DNA of 64,000 nt. Source: Histomonas meleagridis 2922-C6/04-290x. Lineage: Eukaryota > Protista > Parabasalia. Numbering within the stretch: position 1 is the stretch's first letter; each line of letters begins with the position of its first letter. Both the position numbers and the translations under genes were made by a program. The stretch lies in the NCBI GenBank assembly GCA_020184695.1, contig JAANOX010000230.1, positions 71,939 to 135,938 of the forward strand, read 5' to 3'. The notes beneath the pieces are model-generated. The model was not told where the DNA came from and ran no database searches. It saw nothing but the letters and a program-made list of their open reading frames with translations. This document shows positions 22,748 to 34,874 of this stretch, in pieces.

Positions 22748-24082
22748 ATGCCTCCTTTTTACGACCGTTAACCGCAATTATGTCAATTTGTCAATTGACA
22801 CAAAAACCTAAATGGGGCGCCCTATAGATGATCAAAATATCCTACGATTTTTATGAGTTGCCAATGCAAAATTTATAACCATGAATTAGTTTGATATATA
22901 ATAGTATTGCCAGAATATGAATAAATCATTTTGTTTCGGATAAAAACTCAAATATACCAGCCTTTTATGGTTGTTTTTATAATTCATCATATTTGTACAA
23001 CTTTTTCTCAAAATTAAAAAGAAAAAATTTTATAGGACTTAAGGGATCTGTCAAAAGAATTTAATTAAATAAAATATATTTAAAAATTAAAAAAATTGAC
23101 AATTTAATGAAATAGGAAACAAACTCATTTGAATAGTTTACAATCAATTATTAGGTTTATATATAAATGAGACAGGCAGTTTTTTTGGAGGAATCTGGGA
23201 ACAAGCAAAAATTAATATAAGCAAAGATAAACATCAATTTCATGGCAACATGCATTATCACAATTTTAAACAAAATTCATGAAATATTTGATCTACTTTG
23301 GTTAAATTCATATAATGTTATAAAGAGAACGTTTATATCATTTAAGAGCTTTACTCATTGTATTTTTCAATCAGTATTTGGTCGGAACAACCCTGTTTAA
23401 ATGCCAATTGAATGGACGATGGGAAATTCAATAGTTCAAACATCACTTTTCTTTAAAAACAAACCAGTAAACAGTGTATGTCACATTGAAAATGACTATT
23501 CTGAATAGTCAAAATCAAATTTAATTCCTTAAGGAAAATTTAAGCTTTTAGGATACAAAATTCCCAGCAATTAGGTGATTTATACAATCGCAATATTTAA
23601 TAACATGTTAATCATTTCAATGATCATTTTATTTTTAATCAAATTTGGAAAATGAATTCTATATTTGGTCACTAATCTTAATTCAAGCACTAACAATGTA
23701 CCACTTGAAGGAGTTCTATAAGGTATCAAAATTTTTTACATAAATTCACGCATTTCAAAATAATTTGGAAATTAAATATTTGATAAATCTATGAACAATA
23801 ACAAATGCCAAACTTCAAAGCAGTGCACATATTATCTATGTTAATTTATACATTTTCCATCAACTTAATTTTATATATTAATTATTAGAAATTTTGATAA
23901 TATTAGAAACCATTCAAGTTGTTGTTGTGTTAATTGAATCCCTATTAAAATAAAATAATATCCTCTATAAAACTATCTTATTTGATATATTCTGTTGGGA
24001 ATTTCCTTTTTATTCAAGGGCACAAAAATTGAATTCGATTTTTGTTAATTGAATTGTGTTATTTGAATGAACAACCGAAAGA

Positions 24083-24928
24083 ATGAAACTTGCGATGCAG
24101 CTCCATTTACGCATTGTTGAAGCAGTTGATATTGCTAAAATGGATTTATTTTCGAAAAGTGATCCATATGTTTTAGCAAAGATTAATCAGAACGGAATTA
24201 CACAAAGAACAAATTATATTATGAATACTTCAACCCCAAGATGGAATGCAGAATTTCATTTTCCACTTTCTAACCCCTCTTCAGATAGTCTTCACTTGCT
24301 AATGAGAGATAAAGATACAGTTTCAGATGATGACATGGCAACTTTAACAATTCCTATATGCTCACTTCCGCCTGGTCAAGTCATAGATCAATGGTATAAC
24401 ATGATTCCATGCCGTAGAGTCAAGAAAGGAGGTCGTATTCATCTTATTTTGCATGTCGCTCCCTTTGGAGCTACTGCATTTGTTCCACAACCGACCTTCC
24501 AACAGAACTTTATGGGCATGCAGAATACAATGATGGGTATGGGGCGACTAATGAATCCAATGATGGGAGCAGTTCCACCAAATCCCATGTATCATCCACA
24601 ACCAATGAATTTACAGCCAGCAATGTACCCACAGATGATGAACCAGCAACAAATGTTACGTCAATCACAACCAACGATGTATCCACAGATGATGAATCAA
24701 CAACAAATGCTACGCCAATCACAACCAACGATGATGAATCAACCAATGGTACAGCCAATTCCAATGTACCAACCACCACAGAATCCATATAACCAGAATA
24801 TGATGCCTATGCAAAATGGTTTTGGTCAAACGCCCAGACCCTATAACATAAATGCTTCTATTCCTGGAATGTCAGAGAAAGACATCAGGAAAATGCAGAA
24901 GCGCCAAAGGCAAATGATGGGTTATTAA
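24083..24928 (+). CDS. C2-domain protein with M/Q/P-rich low-complexity tail
   Basis: LRIVEA.DIAKMDLFSKSDPYV...P.WN.EF.F...DKD.VSDDDM; 17-aa tandem repeat (MYPQMMNQQQMLRQSQP) in the tail. Confidence 0.9.
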   Translation: MKLAMQLHLRIVEAVDIAKMDLFSKSDPYVLAKINQNGITQRTNYIMNTSTPRWNAEFHFPLSNPSSDSLHLLMRDKDTVSDDDMATLTIPICSLPPGQVIDQWYNMIPCRRVKKGGRIHLILHVAPFGATAFVPQPTFQQNFMGMQNTMMGMGRLMNPMMGAVPPNPMYHPQPMNLQPAMYPQMMNQQQMLRQSQPTMYPQMMNQQQMLRQSQPTMMNQPMVQPIPMYQPPQNPYNQNMMPMQNGFGQTPRPYNINASIPGMSEKDIRKMQKRQRQMMGY

Positions 24929-25697
24929 TTAGTTGATAAAGGATTTGAATTGTTTACTTTTTGACACTTGTGAAAAACCGAAAAAATTATTTTTATTTTA
25001 TCATTCTGTTAGTGATCAAATTTTAGCCTAATTAAAGCTTTCTACAATCTTTAAACTTTATAATCTTATCAGCGTAACCATTATTTTATTTCTAATGCAA
25101 TTTTTTTCAACCAAATTTCTCCTAATTCTTTTACTTCCATTTCAAAAATATTTTTATGATTTTTGCACCAAGTCAATATTTTTTATATTGGTTCTTTATT
25201 CAATAGTTCTATAGTTCGAATTAGGTTCTAAAAATAAATGTTTTTAATAAATTTCATCAAATTTTTTCATGTGTCTAGTTCATTTAATATTTTTTAATTT
25301 TATGAAAAAAACTTATGTAGGGTATATTTATTAACATACATCTTGTGTGTTCTGTCCATAAAAACCAAAATAATGTCCATTTATTATTGAATTTGGAAAT
25401 TTCCTTTAATGCTGAATGTCCATTAATCAGAAACTGAAAATAAACTATGTAAATATTGAAGTTGTGTTACCAAGTTTGTTGTAATTTTTGATACCTGTGT
25501 TTACAAATTTATTCAATTATCTTTCAATGATTTTTGTTAAATGTATATTTTATATTAATATAATATATTCTGTATCTAACTTAATCATTTGTTATGATAT
25601 GAATTTTTTGAAGTAATATCAAAATTTTTTCACAAATTTCATCTTTTAAATTATTGAATTATGTTATCAAAATCACAATGATGAGTTATTATTTTTG

Positions 25698-27602
25698 ATG
25701 TTTGTTTCCTTTTTTATACATATACTAAGCGATCAATCACTCATACTTACTGCAAAAGCTAGAAGTGATTTTGCATCTGGAAAAGGCGGAACATATCTTA
25801 ATTGGACTAATATTACAGGAGATATTTATTATAAATTATATCAAAAAAGTTCATCAGAGAATGAATTGTCTGATTGGAAACAAATCAGTACATATATACC
25901 AGGAACAAATGTTAGTGTACTCAATGTATATCCAAGTCAAATCGATGGAACACATGGACAGCCTTCAACGAACCCTCTAGCATATCGAACATATCTTGTT
26001 AATTTTACATTTGCAAATGGAACATCAAAAAAATTATCAAAGTCAGCATCATTAAAAGTATGGATGGAAGGAGGAACTATTCAAGATGATACTCTTGGTA
26101 CAACAGAAAATTTCACAGCATTTGGTGTTGATCAAAGCACGGGAAATCAACTTATTTTTGTTGATGTAATGTCAATTAATGATTTTGAAAAAAAAATTAA
26201 TGCTAACAGTAATTTTATATATGGTTATGATGTTATTTTCTTTGGAACATGGGATGCCAGCTCAGGATATTCAATCAAAACAAAAACAGCAAAAGAACAT
26301 ATCGCAAAATACATTGCAGGAGGATATGGTTTATTAACGGGTCATGATTCGATTTCTAATGATTTTTATATAAAGCACGAAGCTGAAGGACTTCTTTCAA
26401 TTCGTCATCTATTCGGAATATACTCAAAGGGACCTGATAATAAGGTTACTAATTTAAATGGTCACATTGGTTATGTTTCATATAAAATTATTGAATCTAA
26501 TAAGGTTTCTGTTCAAAGAGAAGGATTATTAACCAATTATCCATATCAAATTGGGACCAAAGGAAGTATACTTACAATTCCAAAATCACATACTACAAAT
26601 CATGCTGCTATTGGAGATGTTTGGATGTCATTTAATGGAAATGGAATTGATACGGATAAATATGGACTTCATCATAACTTCTATTTAGCCACTAATAACA
26701 ATACAGGATTTATTCAAACAGGTCACAGTAAGGGTCAATCGACTGAAGATGAAAGAAAAGTTATTGCAAACACAATCTATTATTTAAAGCAACGTACTTT
26801 TGAAACATATGCAGAAGATCATTCATCACAAGATTATGCACCTCCAAAAATCAATGCATTAAAGTGGATAAATGAAGATCTTAAACTAGAAATTAATGGT
26901 GAAGATGAAGGATCTCATTATATCTTCAAAGTTGAAGCATTAAGTAAAACAAACAACAATGTATTATATTCATCTAATGAAGCAGAAGTAACAGTTACAA
27001 CAGGAATTAAATATTGTAAATACTTAATCACAAGTGTACAAATGACAAATATTCAAATAACTGATTTAATTAATATATCAAATTCTACAACAATTCAATT
27101 AACTCGTGAAGACTTTAAAGAAAATGATCACATTTATGTTGCTGTATTCGATGGTTTTGGTAATGCAAGTCCAATAAAAGATGAAATACTTACAATACCT
27201 TTACCAACACCTTCACAAAGTCCATCACCTTCACAATCGCCATCAGAATCAATTTCAGCTTCACGTAGTATATCAGCATCAGCTTCGCCTTCAAAAAGTA
27301 TTTCAGCATCACGATCGCCTTCTGCTTCATTTGTGAATGGTATAACAACAGAAGCACAAGGAAATGTGCCAGATGGAAATGGTAATGTAAAATATTATGC
27401 CATTGGAAGTGCTATTGTTGGCGTAGCAGCAATTGTTGCTGCTGCTATAGCAATATTTAAAAAATTTGGTTCGTCAGGATTTGCTGCAGAAATTGATATT
27501 TCAAATAAAAATATCGAAAAAGATGGAATTATTAGTTATATTAATCCACTTTATAATGAAATTAAAGATGACCCTTTCGATGACGATTTTGTTGAAGAAT
27601 AA
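25698..27602 (+). CDS. Type I membrane surface protein with bacterial-like extracellular domain
   Basis: Signal-like N-terminus; DVIFFGTWD, TGHD, IQTGHS, EDERKVIANT motifs; SPS stalk, TM (AIVGVAAIVAAAIAIF), cytosolic NPLY..DDPF..DF tail. Confidence 0.7.
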   Translation: MFVSFFIHILSDQSLILTAKARSDFASGKGGTYLNWTNITGDIYYKLYQKSSSENELSDWKQISTYIPGTNVSVLNVYPSQIDGTHGQPSTNPLAYRTYLVNFTFANGTSKKLSKSASLKVWMEGGTIQDDTLGTTENFTAFGVDQSTGNQLIFVDVMSINDFEKKINANSNFIYGYDVIFFGTWDASSGYSIKTKTAKEHIAKYIAGGYGLLTGHDSISNDFYIKHEAEGLLSIRHLFGIYSKGPDNKVTNLNGHIGYVSYKIIESNKVSVQREGLLTNYPYQIGTKGSILTIPKSHTTNHAAIGDVWMSFNGNGIDTDKYGLHHNFYLATNNNTGFIQTGHSKGQSTEDERKVIANTIYYLKQRTFETYAEDHSSQDYAPPKINALKWINEDLKLEINGEDEGSHYIFKVEALSKTNNNVLYSSNEAEVTVTTGIKYCKYLITSVQMTNIQITDLINISNSTTIQLTREDFKENDHIYVAVFDGFGNASPIKDEILTIPLPTPSQSPSPSQSPSESISASRSISASASPSKSISASRSPSASFVNGITTEAQGNVPDGNGNVKYYAIGSAIVGVAAIVAAAIAIFKKFGSSGFAAEIDISNKNIEKDGIISYINPLYNEIKDDPFDDDFVEE

Positions 27603-28418
27603 AGAAAATTAAATTCGAAAAAAATTTAGGTGGAAAATTTATTTCAATAAATTACTTATTTTTATGAATTTTTTTTATTAATTACTTTTAATTATTTTTG
27701 TTCAGACGTTTTCTATGGAAGCACATCAACTAGGAGCAAAGTATAATATATAAATTCAAATTTGTGTTGTTTCGTGTATGTAATAATGCTTGTCGAGTTA
27801 TGTAACAAATCAAAACATTGAATTTTATTTTGAATCGAATGATTTCAAAAATGCTCATTAAATTTTATGTCTGACAGGATGAAATTAAAGCAATACAAAC
27901 ACTGAAAATATCTAAATAATACAAAATCTAGAGAGAAAAATTTATGATTTAAGTGAAATATTTTGAGTTAATTGATTAGTAAAAGAAAAATAATGACAAC
28001 TCCTTTAGAACGATGTTGTGCTTGCATTAACATTTTTATTCAGCATGCGTTCAATGAAAATTTACATGATGAACATTTGAAACTATTAATAAGGGTTAAA
28101 TTAATAGTTTTTAGATGCGTTTTAATTAACAAAAAGAAAATATTCCGTGGAACAAATTAATTTATTTATGTAATAGCTTATTGAATGCCTAAGTAAAAAG
28201 TGAAATATACTAACAAAATGATATATGTATTTGAAAAAAATGAATAATTTGATATTGTTTCTATAAGTGATAACGTATACTTCGATGTTAGGTCACATGA
28301 AAATATTGTAAAAAATTCAGATTAATATATTTGAGTAAATTTTCTTTCTCCGTGATGTCACTTTTCTAATAAACTTTTTTTAGAAACGTACATTTGATAA
28401 TTTCTTCATCGCATTATT

Positions 28419-29804
28419 ATGTCTGATGATTTTTTAACAATAAAAAAGCTCAGCATGAACCCAACAAGAACAAAAACTCAATTAAATAAAACAGTTGATT
28501 TTGTTGATTACAATACAACAAATAACAATGATGAATCATTAGCTTATGTTTCATATTTACAAGATCAAATTGAAATGAAAGAATCAGAGGTGACACGATA
28601 TAGAGAATCTCTTGGTCGCAATGATGAAACAGATATGTCTCATGCACCAACTGAACTTAAAAAACTCCAATCAGCCTTTGAGCAAGTCCAAAAAGAATGT
28701 GCTGCCAAACTGTCACCATACGAAGACATTTATCATCAAAAAGATTCTGTTTTTGAAGGCAAACAAAATTATATTGATACTTTCACCAAACTTTCACAGC
28801 AAAAACTCGATTCTCTCCAATCTTTAAGTCAGAAAGTTGATGAAATTATTGCAAGTACAATTGACCCACCAGTGAAAATCAACGATTCACAATTAGAACC
28901 TCTTATTTCCAACATTTTAAAAATCCAATCAGACCTCGATTCTGCATCCAGAAGCCTCAATCTCGATTCGTACAGTGCTGGCGAGCTTAAAAATCTCAAT
29001 GACGAACTTTCGAAGCAATTAAAAGATAAATTAATGCAAAAGCAAAAATCAAATCGACGAATTGAAACACTCAAAAAAGACATCGAATTAAAGACATCAA
29101 ATAACAAACCGCCAACAATTGATAATGAATGGGTTTCATATCAACAAAAACTACAATTTAATACAATTCTCCTTCGCGAATGTAATAGCACAATTAAAAA
29201 TTTAAACAAAGAAATTGAAACAATTACGAAGTTAAACTTAAAGTTTAATAGTGATATTTCCAAACTTCGTGAAGAGTTGATTGAGTTGAACAAATTTCTT
29301 CCAAATGAAAACTTCAGTTCACCTATTCAAAATTTCAATGACGCTTCAAATGACTATGAAATTTCAATTGTAAAATTGTATAATTCAAAGGCAAAACAAA
29401 AAGTTGAAAAAACAAAACTTTACTCACTTCAGAAAAAGTTGAAGGAAATAATGGTAAAATTAAAAGAAAAAGAAAAATCTCTGGAAAAAACAAAAGTAAA
29501 ACAAAAAATGGCAGAAACAGAACTTGAAGAATCTCAAAAGGAAACTGGCGAATTTATATCAGAGAAAAAATTTTTACAAAATCAAAGAGATTATATGAAA
29601 GAACAAATTAATAAATCAAAAGAAGAATTAAAGCAAATTAAAGAGAAAACAAAAAAGCTAAAATTAATTTTAAAGAAACAGAAAATGATAATAATGTTAA
29701 ATGAAGAATTCCATGCTTTCAAGAATATGAACTTGACAAAGGTTTCGGATACTGTATCAAATCTTCTGAAGATAAATGGTGAAATTGACAAGCTTGAAGA
29801 TTGA
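28419..29804 (+). CDS. Coiled-coil hypothetical protein
   Basis: 461-aa K/E/L-rich ORF. Confidence 0.7.
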   Translation: MSDDFLTIKKLSMNPTRTKTQLNKTVDFVDYNTTNNNDESLAYVSYLQDQIEMKESEVTRYRESLGRNDETDMSHAPTELKKLQSAFEQVQKECAAKLSPYEDIYHQKDSVFEGKQNYIDTFTKLSQQKLDSLQSLSQKVDEIIASTIDPPVKINDSQLEPLISNILKIQSDLDSASRSLNLDSYSAGELKNLNDELSKQLKDKLMQKQKSNRRIETLKKDIELKTSNNKPPTIDNEWVSYQQKLQFNTILLRECNSTIKNLNKEIETITKLNLKFNSDISKLREELIELNKFLPNENFSSPIQNFNDASNDYEISIVKLYNSKAKQKVEKTKLYSLQKKLKEIMVKLKEKEKSLEKTKVKQKMAETELEESQKETGEFISEKKFLQNQRDYMKEQINKSKEELKQIKEKTKKLKLILKKQKMIIMLNEEFHAFKNMNLTKVSDTVSNLLKINGEIDKLED

Positions 29805-29957
29805 ATTTGAATTGCGAATTTCTATTTATTAATAAATTGTTTTAGTTTTTTATAATATTATCTTAAGCAAACGATTGAGACAAAAGAATAGCTCTGTTAA
29901 TTGATTTTCTTGTTTTGAGTCCGAATAAAATTGTTATCTTTACATAACCGATACACA

Positions 29958-30004
29958 AACGGTTTCTTGTATTTAACGGCTATATCGGTTATGGTCCGGC
30001 CTTT
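29958..30004 (+). promoter_or_regulatory. Core promoter of RPS3: M3-like AACGGTT (29958-29964) and M5 CCTTT (30000-30004)
   Basis: CCTTT lies 2 nt before the ATG. M5 is the known Inr substitute on T. vaginalis ribosomal protein genes; M3 is a Myb-type site. Confidence 0.6.
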
Positions 30005-30006
30005 TC

Positions 30007-30657
30007 ATGAAGGCTCAACGCTGCACAAAGGTACGCCGCATCATCGAAACAGGTCTTTTCTATGCAGAACTCAATGAACTTTTCACACGTGAATTAGCTG
30101 CTGATGGCTATGGTGGTTGCGAAGTCCGTACAACACCATCCCGTACAGAAATCATCATCAAAGCTTCCAACACAAAACTTTTTGTTGACAACAATGGTCG
30201 CCGTCTTCAAGAAATCCGTATGATGGTTTTAAAGAGATGGCACATCAAGGATGATCAACTCGAAATCTTCATCGACCGTATCCAACGTCGTGGACTTTCC
30301 GCCCTCAACCAACTCGAATCCCTTCGTTTCAAACTTGTTAACCGTATTCCAGCTCGTCGTGCTGCATATTCCATCATCCGTTTTGTCATGGATGCAGGCG
30401 CACGTGGTTGTGAAGTTGTTATCTCAGGTAAGATGAGGTCAGCTCGTGCTGCTGCTATGAAATTCCGTGAAGGTTACATGGTTAAGAGTGGTGATGTTTC
30501 ACAAAAGTACGTCTTAAAGGCTGTCGGCCACATCCCAATGAAGCAAGCCGTTGTTGGTATCCGTGTTCTCATTATGTTGGCTCATGACCCACAAGGAATT
30601 ACTGGCCCACGTGAACCACAACCAGATGTCATCAAAGTACACGAAGCCAAAGATTAA
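30007..30657 (+). CDS. RPS3: 40S ribosomal protein S3
   Basis: GLFYAELNELFTRELAADGYGGCEVR.TP.RTEIII, RGLSA..Q.ESLRFKL, GARGCEVVISGK.R..RA..MKF; strong codon bias. Confidence 0.97.
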   Translation: MKAQRCTKVRRIIETGLFYAELNELFTRELAADGYGGCEVRTTPSRTEIIIKASNTKLFVDNNGRRLQEIRMMVLKRWHIKDDQLEIFIDRIQRRGLSALNQLESLRFKLVNRIPARRAAYSIIRFVMDAGARGCEVVISGKMRSARAAAMKFREGYMVKSGDVSQKYVLKAVGHIPMKQAVVGIRVLIMLAHDPQGITGPREPQPDVIKVHEAKD

Positions 30658-31180
30658 AAATTCTTCGTCATCAAATTTCGATTTTTTTTTAACCATCTGT
30701 TTATGACATAAATATAATTTTTAGTCCAAGTTGGAACTCGAAATTATTTTTTCCCTTTTCTTGACTCTTTCTTTGTTCTTTTATAAAATTTTGGCGCTAA
30801 TTTGAAAATATGATAAATTCCTTAATGAGTATCATCAAGTTATGAGCAATATTGCTCGACATAATAATCTTAAAAAATCAAGAATTAAATTTTCTATAGA
30901 AAAATAATTATTTACACCATCGCATCTTTATATTGAAAACAATGTATGCGATTGTATCATCGTAATGTTAAAAATAATAGGTCGCCAAAAAGTTTGTAAC
31001 ATTTTTGATCGTTTTTGGTTGGAATCGTTTTCAAAAAGTTGAATTTCACGAAAACGTTTTTAAGTTTAAATCATCATAGACGTTAAATCACTTCATATTA
31101 ACTGTTATTTCTAAATCTTTTTGATAACAATCAATTTTGGCGTTTTAAAATATTTCAATACTTTACATATTTTCTCCCAG

Positions 31181-33349
31181 ATGAAAAAAGAAGAGCCGTT
31201 TGTCTTTAAATCAGAAGAAAATCAATGTTTTAGTAAAATACAAAATAAAGGGACTCGGTTCTATTTTGTAGATTTAGATTCGAATTCAATTCTTTTTATT
31301 GCAAGATCACGTCATTACGATCAATTAATAAGATCAAGGCTCGAGGAAAAAGGTAAAAACAGAGTTTGCGCAGATTCTTTTGGTGTAGTTTATCAAACGC
31401 GCATTACAGAAAGAATTTATTATGCATCAATGCTCGAAAATAAGCGGTGGTATTTAATTGTTCTTATGCGATTTGGAGATGGGATTGACCAACGCACAAG
31501 TTATTATTCAATATTAATCCATTCTAATCAAAAAGAATTTTTATATCCCGTTTCAAAAAGGACTTATATACCACAAAAAGCTTGCTGGATTGGATATGGT
31601 ACAAAGTATTTTTTTTATACCGATTTTATCAACAAATCCTTAACATATGAAGTTGATTTAAAACAAGACAAAAACAAACTTCAAATATCATGTCGAGGGG
31701 AACCAAAAGTAATCAACAGCTGCTACAATCTTCAAACAAGTTATGCTAATTTTAAAACATTTAATACTTATATCAGTAAGAATGAAATGAAAATGATTGA
31801 TCAAGCTAGTCGTGAAATTGCTCCTATTTCATATTACATTCCCAAATGTGTGTGTTTCACAGAAAAAGATGAATTTAAGCTTTTCCGTCTTGATTTATAT
31901 CAAACGTTCAAAATGCCAATGAGTTTTCCCCAATTTACACTTATCGTCAACGATACGGTGCTTAACGTTCTCATTCCACCTTCTTCACAAAACATCCAAA
32001 TCAATGTTGACTATCTCACAGCCACTCCGGATAATGAAACAGCTATAGCGTGTGAAGAACTAGCACCTCTTTGCTTAAAAGATGCTAAAGTTTGTTTTGA
32101 TCCTCGAAATGCTAGTCAACAACCATATACAAAACTTCCATTTTATTACTTTTCAAAGAATGTACTTATGATAGGAGCTCCAAAAGGCTTCATTACTACC
32201 ATTCTTCTTGGGCAAAAGAACCGAATTCGATGTATATTCTTGACTCTAGTTCCTGATAATTCATCATATAATCAAATGTATCCACTTATAGACAAATACG
32301 CTATCTCTACAGTGAGTGGTAAGTTTTATAACTTCAAAATTAATTACAAATTCTTTATTGATCAAGATCCTCAATATATAATTCCATATCTACATACCCA
32401 AATGAACAATGAAAAGTTTAAACTTTCCGAAGTTCTCAGTGAAAGTGTTTTAATGAGTTTTTGGAACTCAATGGTTTTTAATGAATTATTATTAATATGT
32501 TTTAACAAACATTGTCTTCGAAAAATTTATGGTCAGGACTTCAAAGAGCCAAATTCTAAAGATGGTAAGGAACCTAAGGATCCTCGTGTCCAAATTCCAT
32601 TTTTTGAAAATGATATTTGTTCTACATTTTCATACCGAATCATGCAAATCAGCTCGAATGACAAAATCAAGCTCTTCGAAGGGAATACTGAAAAGGCCAA
32701 AGAACCATTCCATGACTTTCAAGATTTTGGAGATTTTGAAAATGATAGTTCTGTATTTGCATTATCAGATATGCCACCCGAAATATCTGATTATGGATCA
32801 CTTTCTAAGCTTCTTCTTCATTTGATGGAGAACAAGGGCACGTATAATACCTTTCAAAATAATATGTTTAACTATAAGTCATATCCCAAGAAGATAAGGC
32901 TTCCAGTAATGCTTCAACTAGCCGCCATGAAGTATTCTTTTCATTTAACAGCTCGTCAAACCAAAGAAAAAGATCATCAAGTTAAAGTTGACGATGAAAT
33001 TATCGACATGGGATTGTTAGAAACCGCCGAAACCTCTCCTAACGTTCTCCAATATTGGCAAGGAAACGGTTTTGAAACGGTCGCCAAGAAAAGTCAAACG
33101 AACGATAGCGATAAGCCACAAACGTTAGAAGAATTCCAAAGGGATTTCTTGATAGCAAGGAGTGAAATAGCAGAAGGAGCTGTAGAACCGGTAAATAATG
33201 GAGAAAGCAACTTCATTTGCAGATTGTCTGAACTGATGAGTTCGTATCAAGACAAACTTCCCGGCGCTTATAAATTCATAGAAAACATCCACAACGAATT
33301 CATTGAATCGATTGCAGCCAAAAGCGCTTACAAATTCTCCTTTGTATGA
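31181..33349 (+). CDS. Hypothetical protein
   Basis: Long intact ORF, first ATG 31181; no family recognised. Confidence 0.65.
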   Translation: MKKEEPFVFKSEENQCFSKIQNKGTRFYFVDLDSNSILFIARSRHYDQLIRSRLEEKGKNRVCADSFGVVYQTRITERIYYASMLENKRWYLIVLMRFGDGIDQRTSYYSILIHSNQKEFLYPVSKRTYIPQKACWIGYGTKYFFYTDFINKSLTYEVDLKQDKNKLQISCRGEPKVINSCYNLQTSYANFKTFNTYISKNEMKMIDQASREIAPISYYIPKCVCFTEKDEFKLFRLDLYQTFKMPMSFPQFTLIVNDTVLNVLIPPSSQNIQINVDYLTATPDNETAIACEELAPLCLKDAKVCFDPRNASQQPYTKLPFYYFSKNVLMIGAPKGFITTILLGQKNRIRCIFLTLVPDNSSYNQMYPLIDKYAISTVSGKFYNFKINYKFFIDQDPQYIIPYLHTQMNNEKFKLSEVLSESVLMSFWNSMVFNELLLICFNKHCLRKIYGQDFKEPNSKDGKEPKDPRVQIPFFENDICSTFSYRIMQISSNDKIKLFEGNTEKAKEPFHDFQDFGDFENDSSVFALSDMPPEISDYGSLSKLLLHLMENKGTYNTFQNNMFNYKSYPKKIRLPVMLQLAAMKYSFHLTARQTKEKDHQVKVDDEIIDMGLLETAETSPNVLQYWQGNGFETVAKKSQTNDSDKPQTLEEFQRDFLIARSEIAEGAVEPVNNGESNFICRLSELMSSYQDKLPGAYKFIENIHNEFIESIAAKSAYKFSFV

Positions 33350-33890
33350 TCTCAATAATGGATCGAAATAGAAGTAAAAAGTTGTATTCATTTAAATTTA
33401 GTGACGTTTGTGGATAACGAATGTAATTTTGATTATTGGGAAATGATTTGATTTGCAACCTATGGATATAAGTTTCTGTGCTGTGTAGATTTGAAACTAT
33501 TGCATTTTCCAATTGATTTTTATTATAAAGTCGATGTGAAAAACCGTTAACTTTCATGCAACTATGAAGAATTGCTTGGGAAAAATATATAATGATATGT
33601 GTACCAGAATATTTATTGCCAAAGGTACTGAAGATTTTAACATTTACAATAGCACCAAATTGGAAATTGTTAAAAATGAAAACCTTTTAAACGATAAATT
33701 CTTCAAAAAAATAATGTGTAAAGTTCGATGACATTTAACATTTATTTCTTAAACTTTGGATATATATTTTCATATGTTGTAAAAAGCTCCTTGAATGACA
33801 CTCTTAGCAAGTTACACAGTTTTTCACGACGCCTTTAGGAACATTTTATTTATATATAAAAATCCAAATGAAATCTAAATCCGCATTTTA

Positions 33891-34874
33891 TTAATGAAGT
33901 TTTGGGCAACAAGAATGCTTTGCTATAAATAAATCCTCACGATAAAGGAGTGTTTTTGCATCTTTCAACATTTTTGAAATATCCCAATTTCTCCAATGCA
34001 AAACTAATTGGTTAACGCTTGGGCAATCATTTGGAATTTCAATTTGCATAACATGAGCGACCGTTAAACATGGAATAAACTTTTCAATTAACTGTAACCG
34101 CCCAATGATTTGATCCCAAATTCGAAACAAATCATTTCCGTCATGTTCGTCAGCAAACATTAAGTATTCCCATCGACTTCCAAAGCACATAGTGCCGCAT
34201 TCACCATCAATCATCAGTTGATACTTATTTGGATCTAATTCTTTTATTGCCAAGTCAATAACATGGAAATGATTTCGAATTACCGCCTGATCATGTAAAA
34301 TTTTGAAAAAGGGTACGCGTTTTGTAAGAGCTTTGAAAAGGACATGCGCAATGCTTTCTGCAAAATCAAATGAAAAATTGCACGACTTTGAAAAAGATGC
34401 GGAAAGAAGGTAACAAACACATCCATATCGATCCAGTCCTTGAATATAGTTAAAAGATGGATCGGTTTTGGATGATAGTGCATAGAATCGTGATATGCGT
34501 GTAATTGCATCTGAAAAATCGGATTCATCAAGGCCAATATCATGGCCAAGTGTAACAAGCCAATTGAACGTTCTAACAAAATCACGTGAAATTGCGTGTG
34601 ATGTCTCATGATCAATCAAAGTTAACGGATTTTGTAAATTTGAAGCAAATTCTCTTCTTATTTGTTCCAAATATGATGTGTGAATTTCTAATATTGAATC
34701 AGCCCATGTTTCTGAGTCATTTTGAACTATTTCCAAAGCAACCATCCAAGAAATCAATCTGTCTTTTACATTTTTATTTGTTTCATCTGATATAAGAAAA
34801 GAGTGTGCTTCGTCTATATTTTGTATAGTAATTAGTTGTTGAATTTGTTCCTTTGTAGGAGACCAGAATTCCAT
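33891..34874 (-). CDS. Rab-GAP TBC domain protein
   Basis: ISRDFVRTF, FNYIQGLDRY, SRWEYLMFADEH...FRIWDQII; probable ATG 34874. Confidence 0.8.
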   Translation of the reverse strand: MEFWSPTKEQIQQLITIQNIDEAHSFLISDETNKNVKDRLISWMVALEIVQNDSETWADSILEIHTSYLEQIRREFASNLQNPLTLIDHETSHAISRDFVRTFNWLVTLGHDIGLDESDFSDAITRISRFYALSSKTDPSFNYIQGLDRYGCVCYLLSASFSKSCNFSFDFAESIAHVLFKALTKRVPFFKILHDQAVIRNHFHVIDLAIKELDPNKYQLMIDGECGTMCFGSRWEYLMFADEHDGNDLFRIWDQIIGRLQLIEKFIPCLTVAHVMQIEIPNDCPSVNQLVLHWRNWDISKMLKDAKTLLYREDLFIAKHSCCPKLH

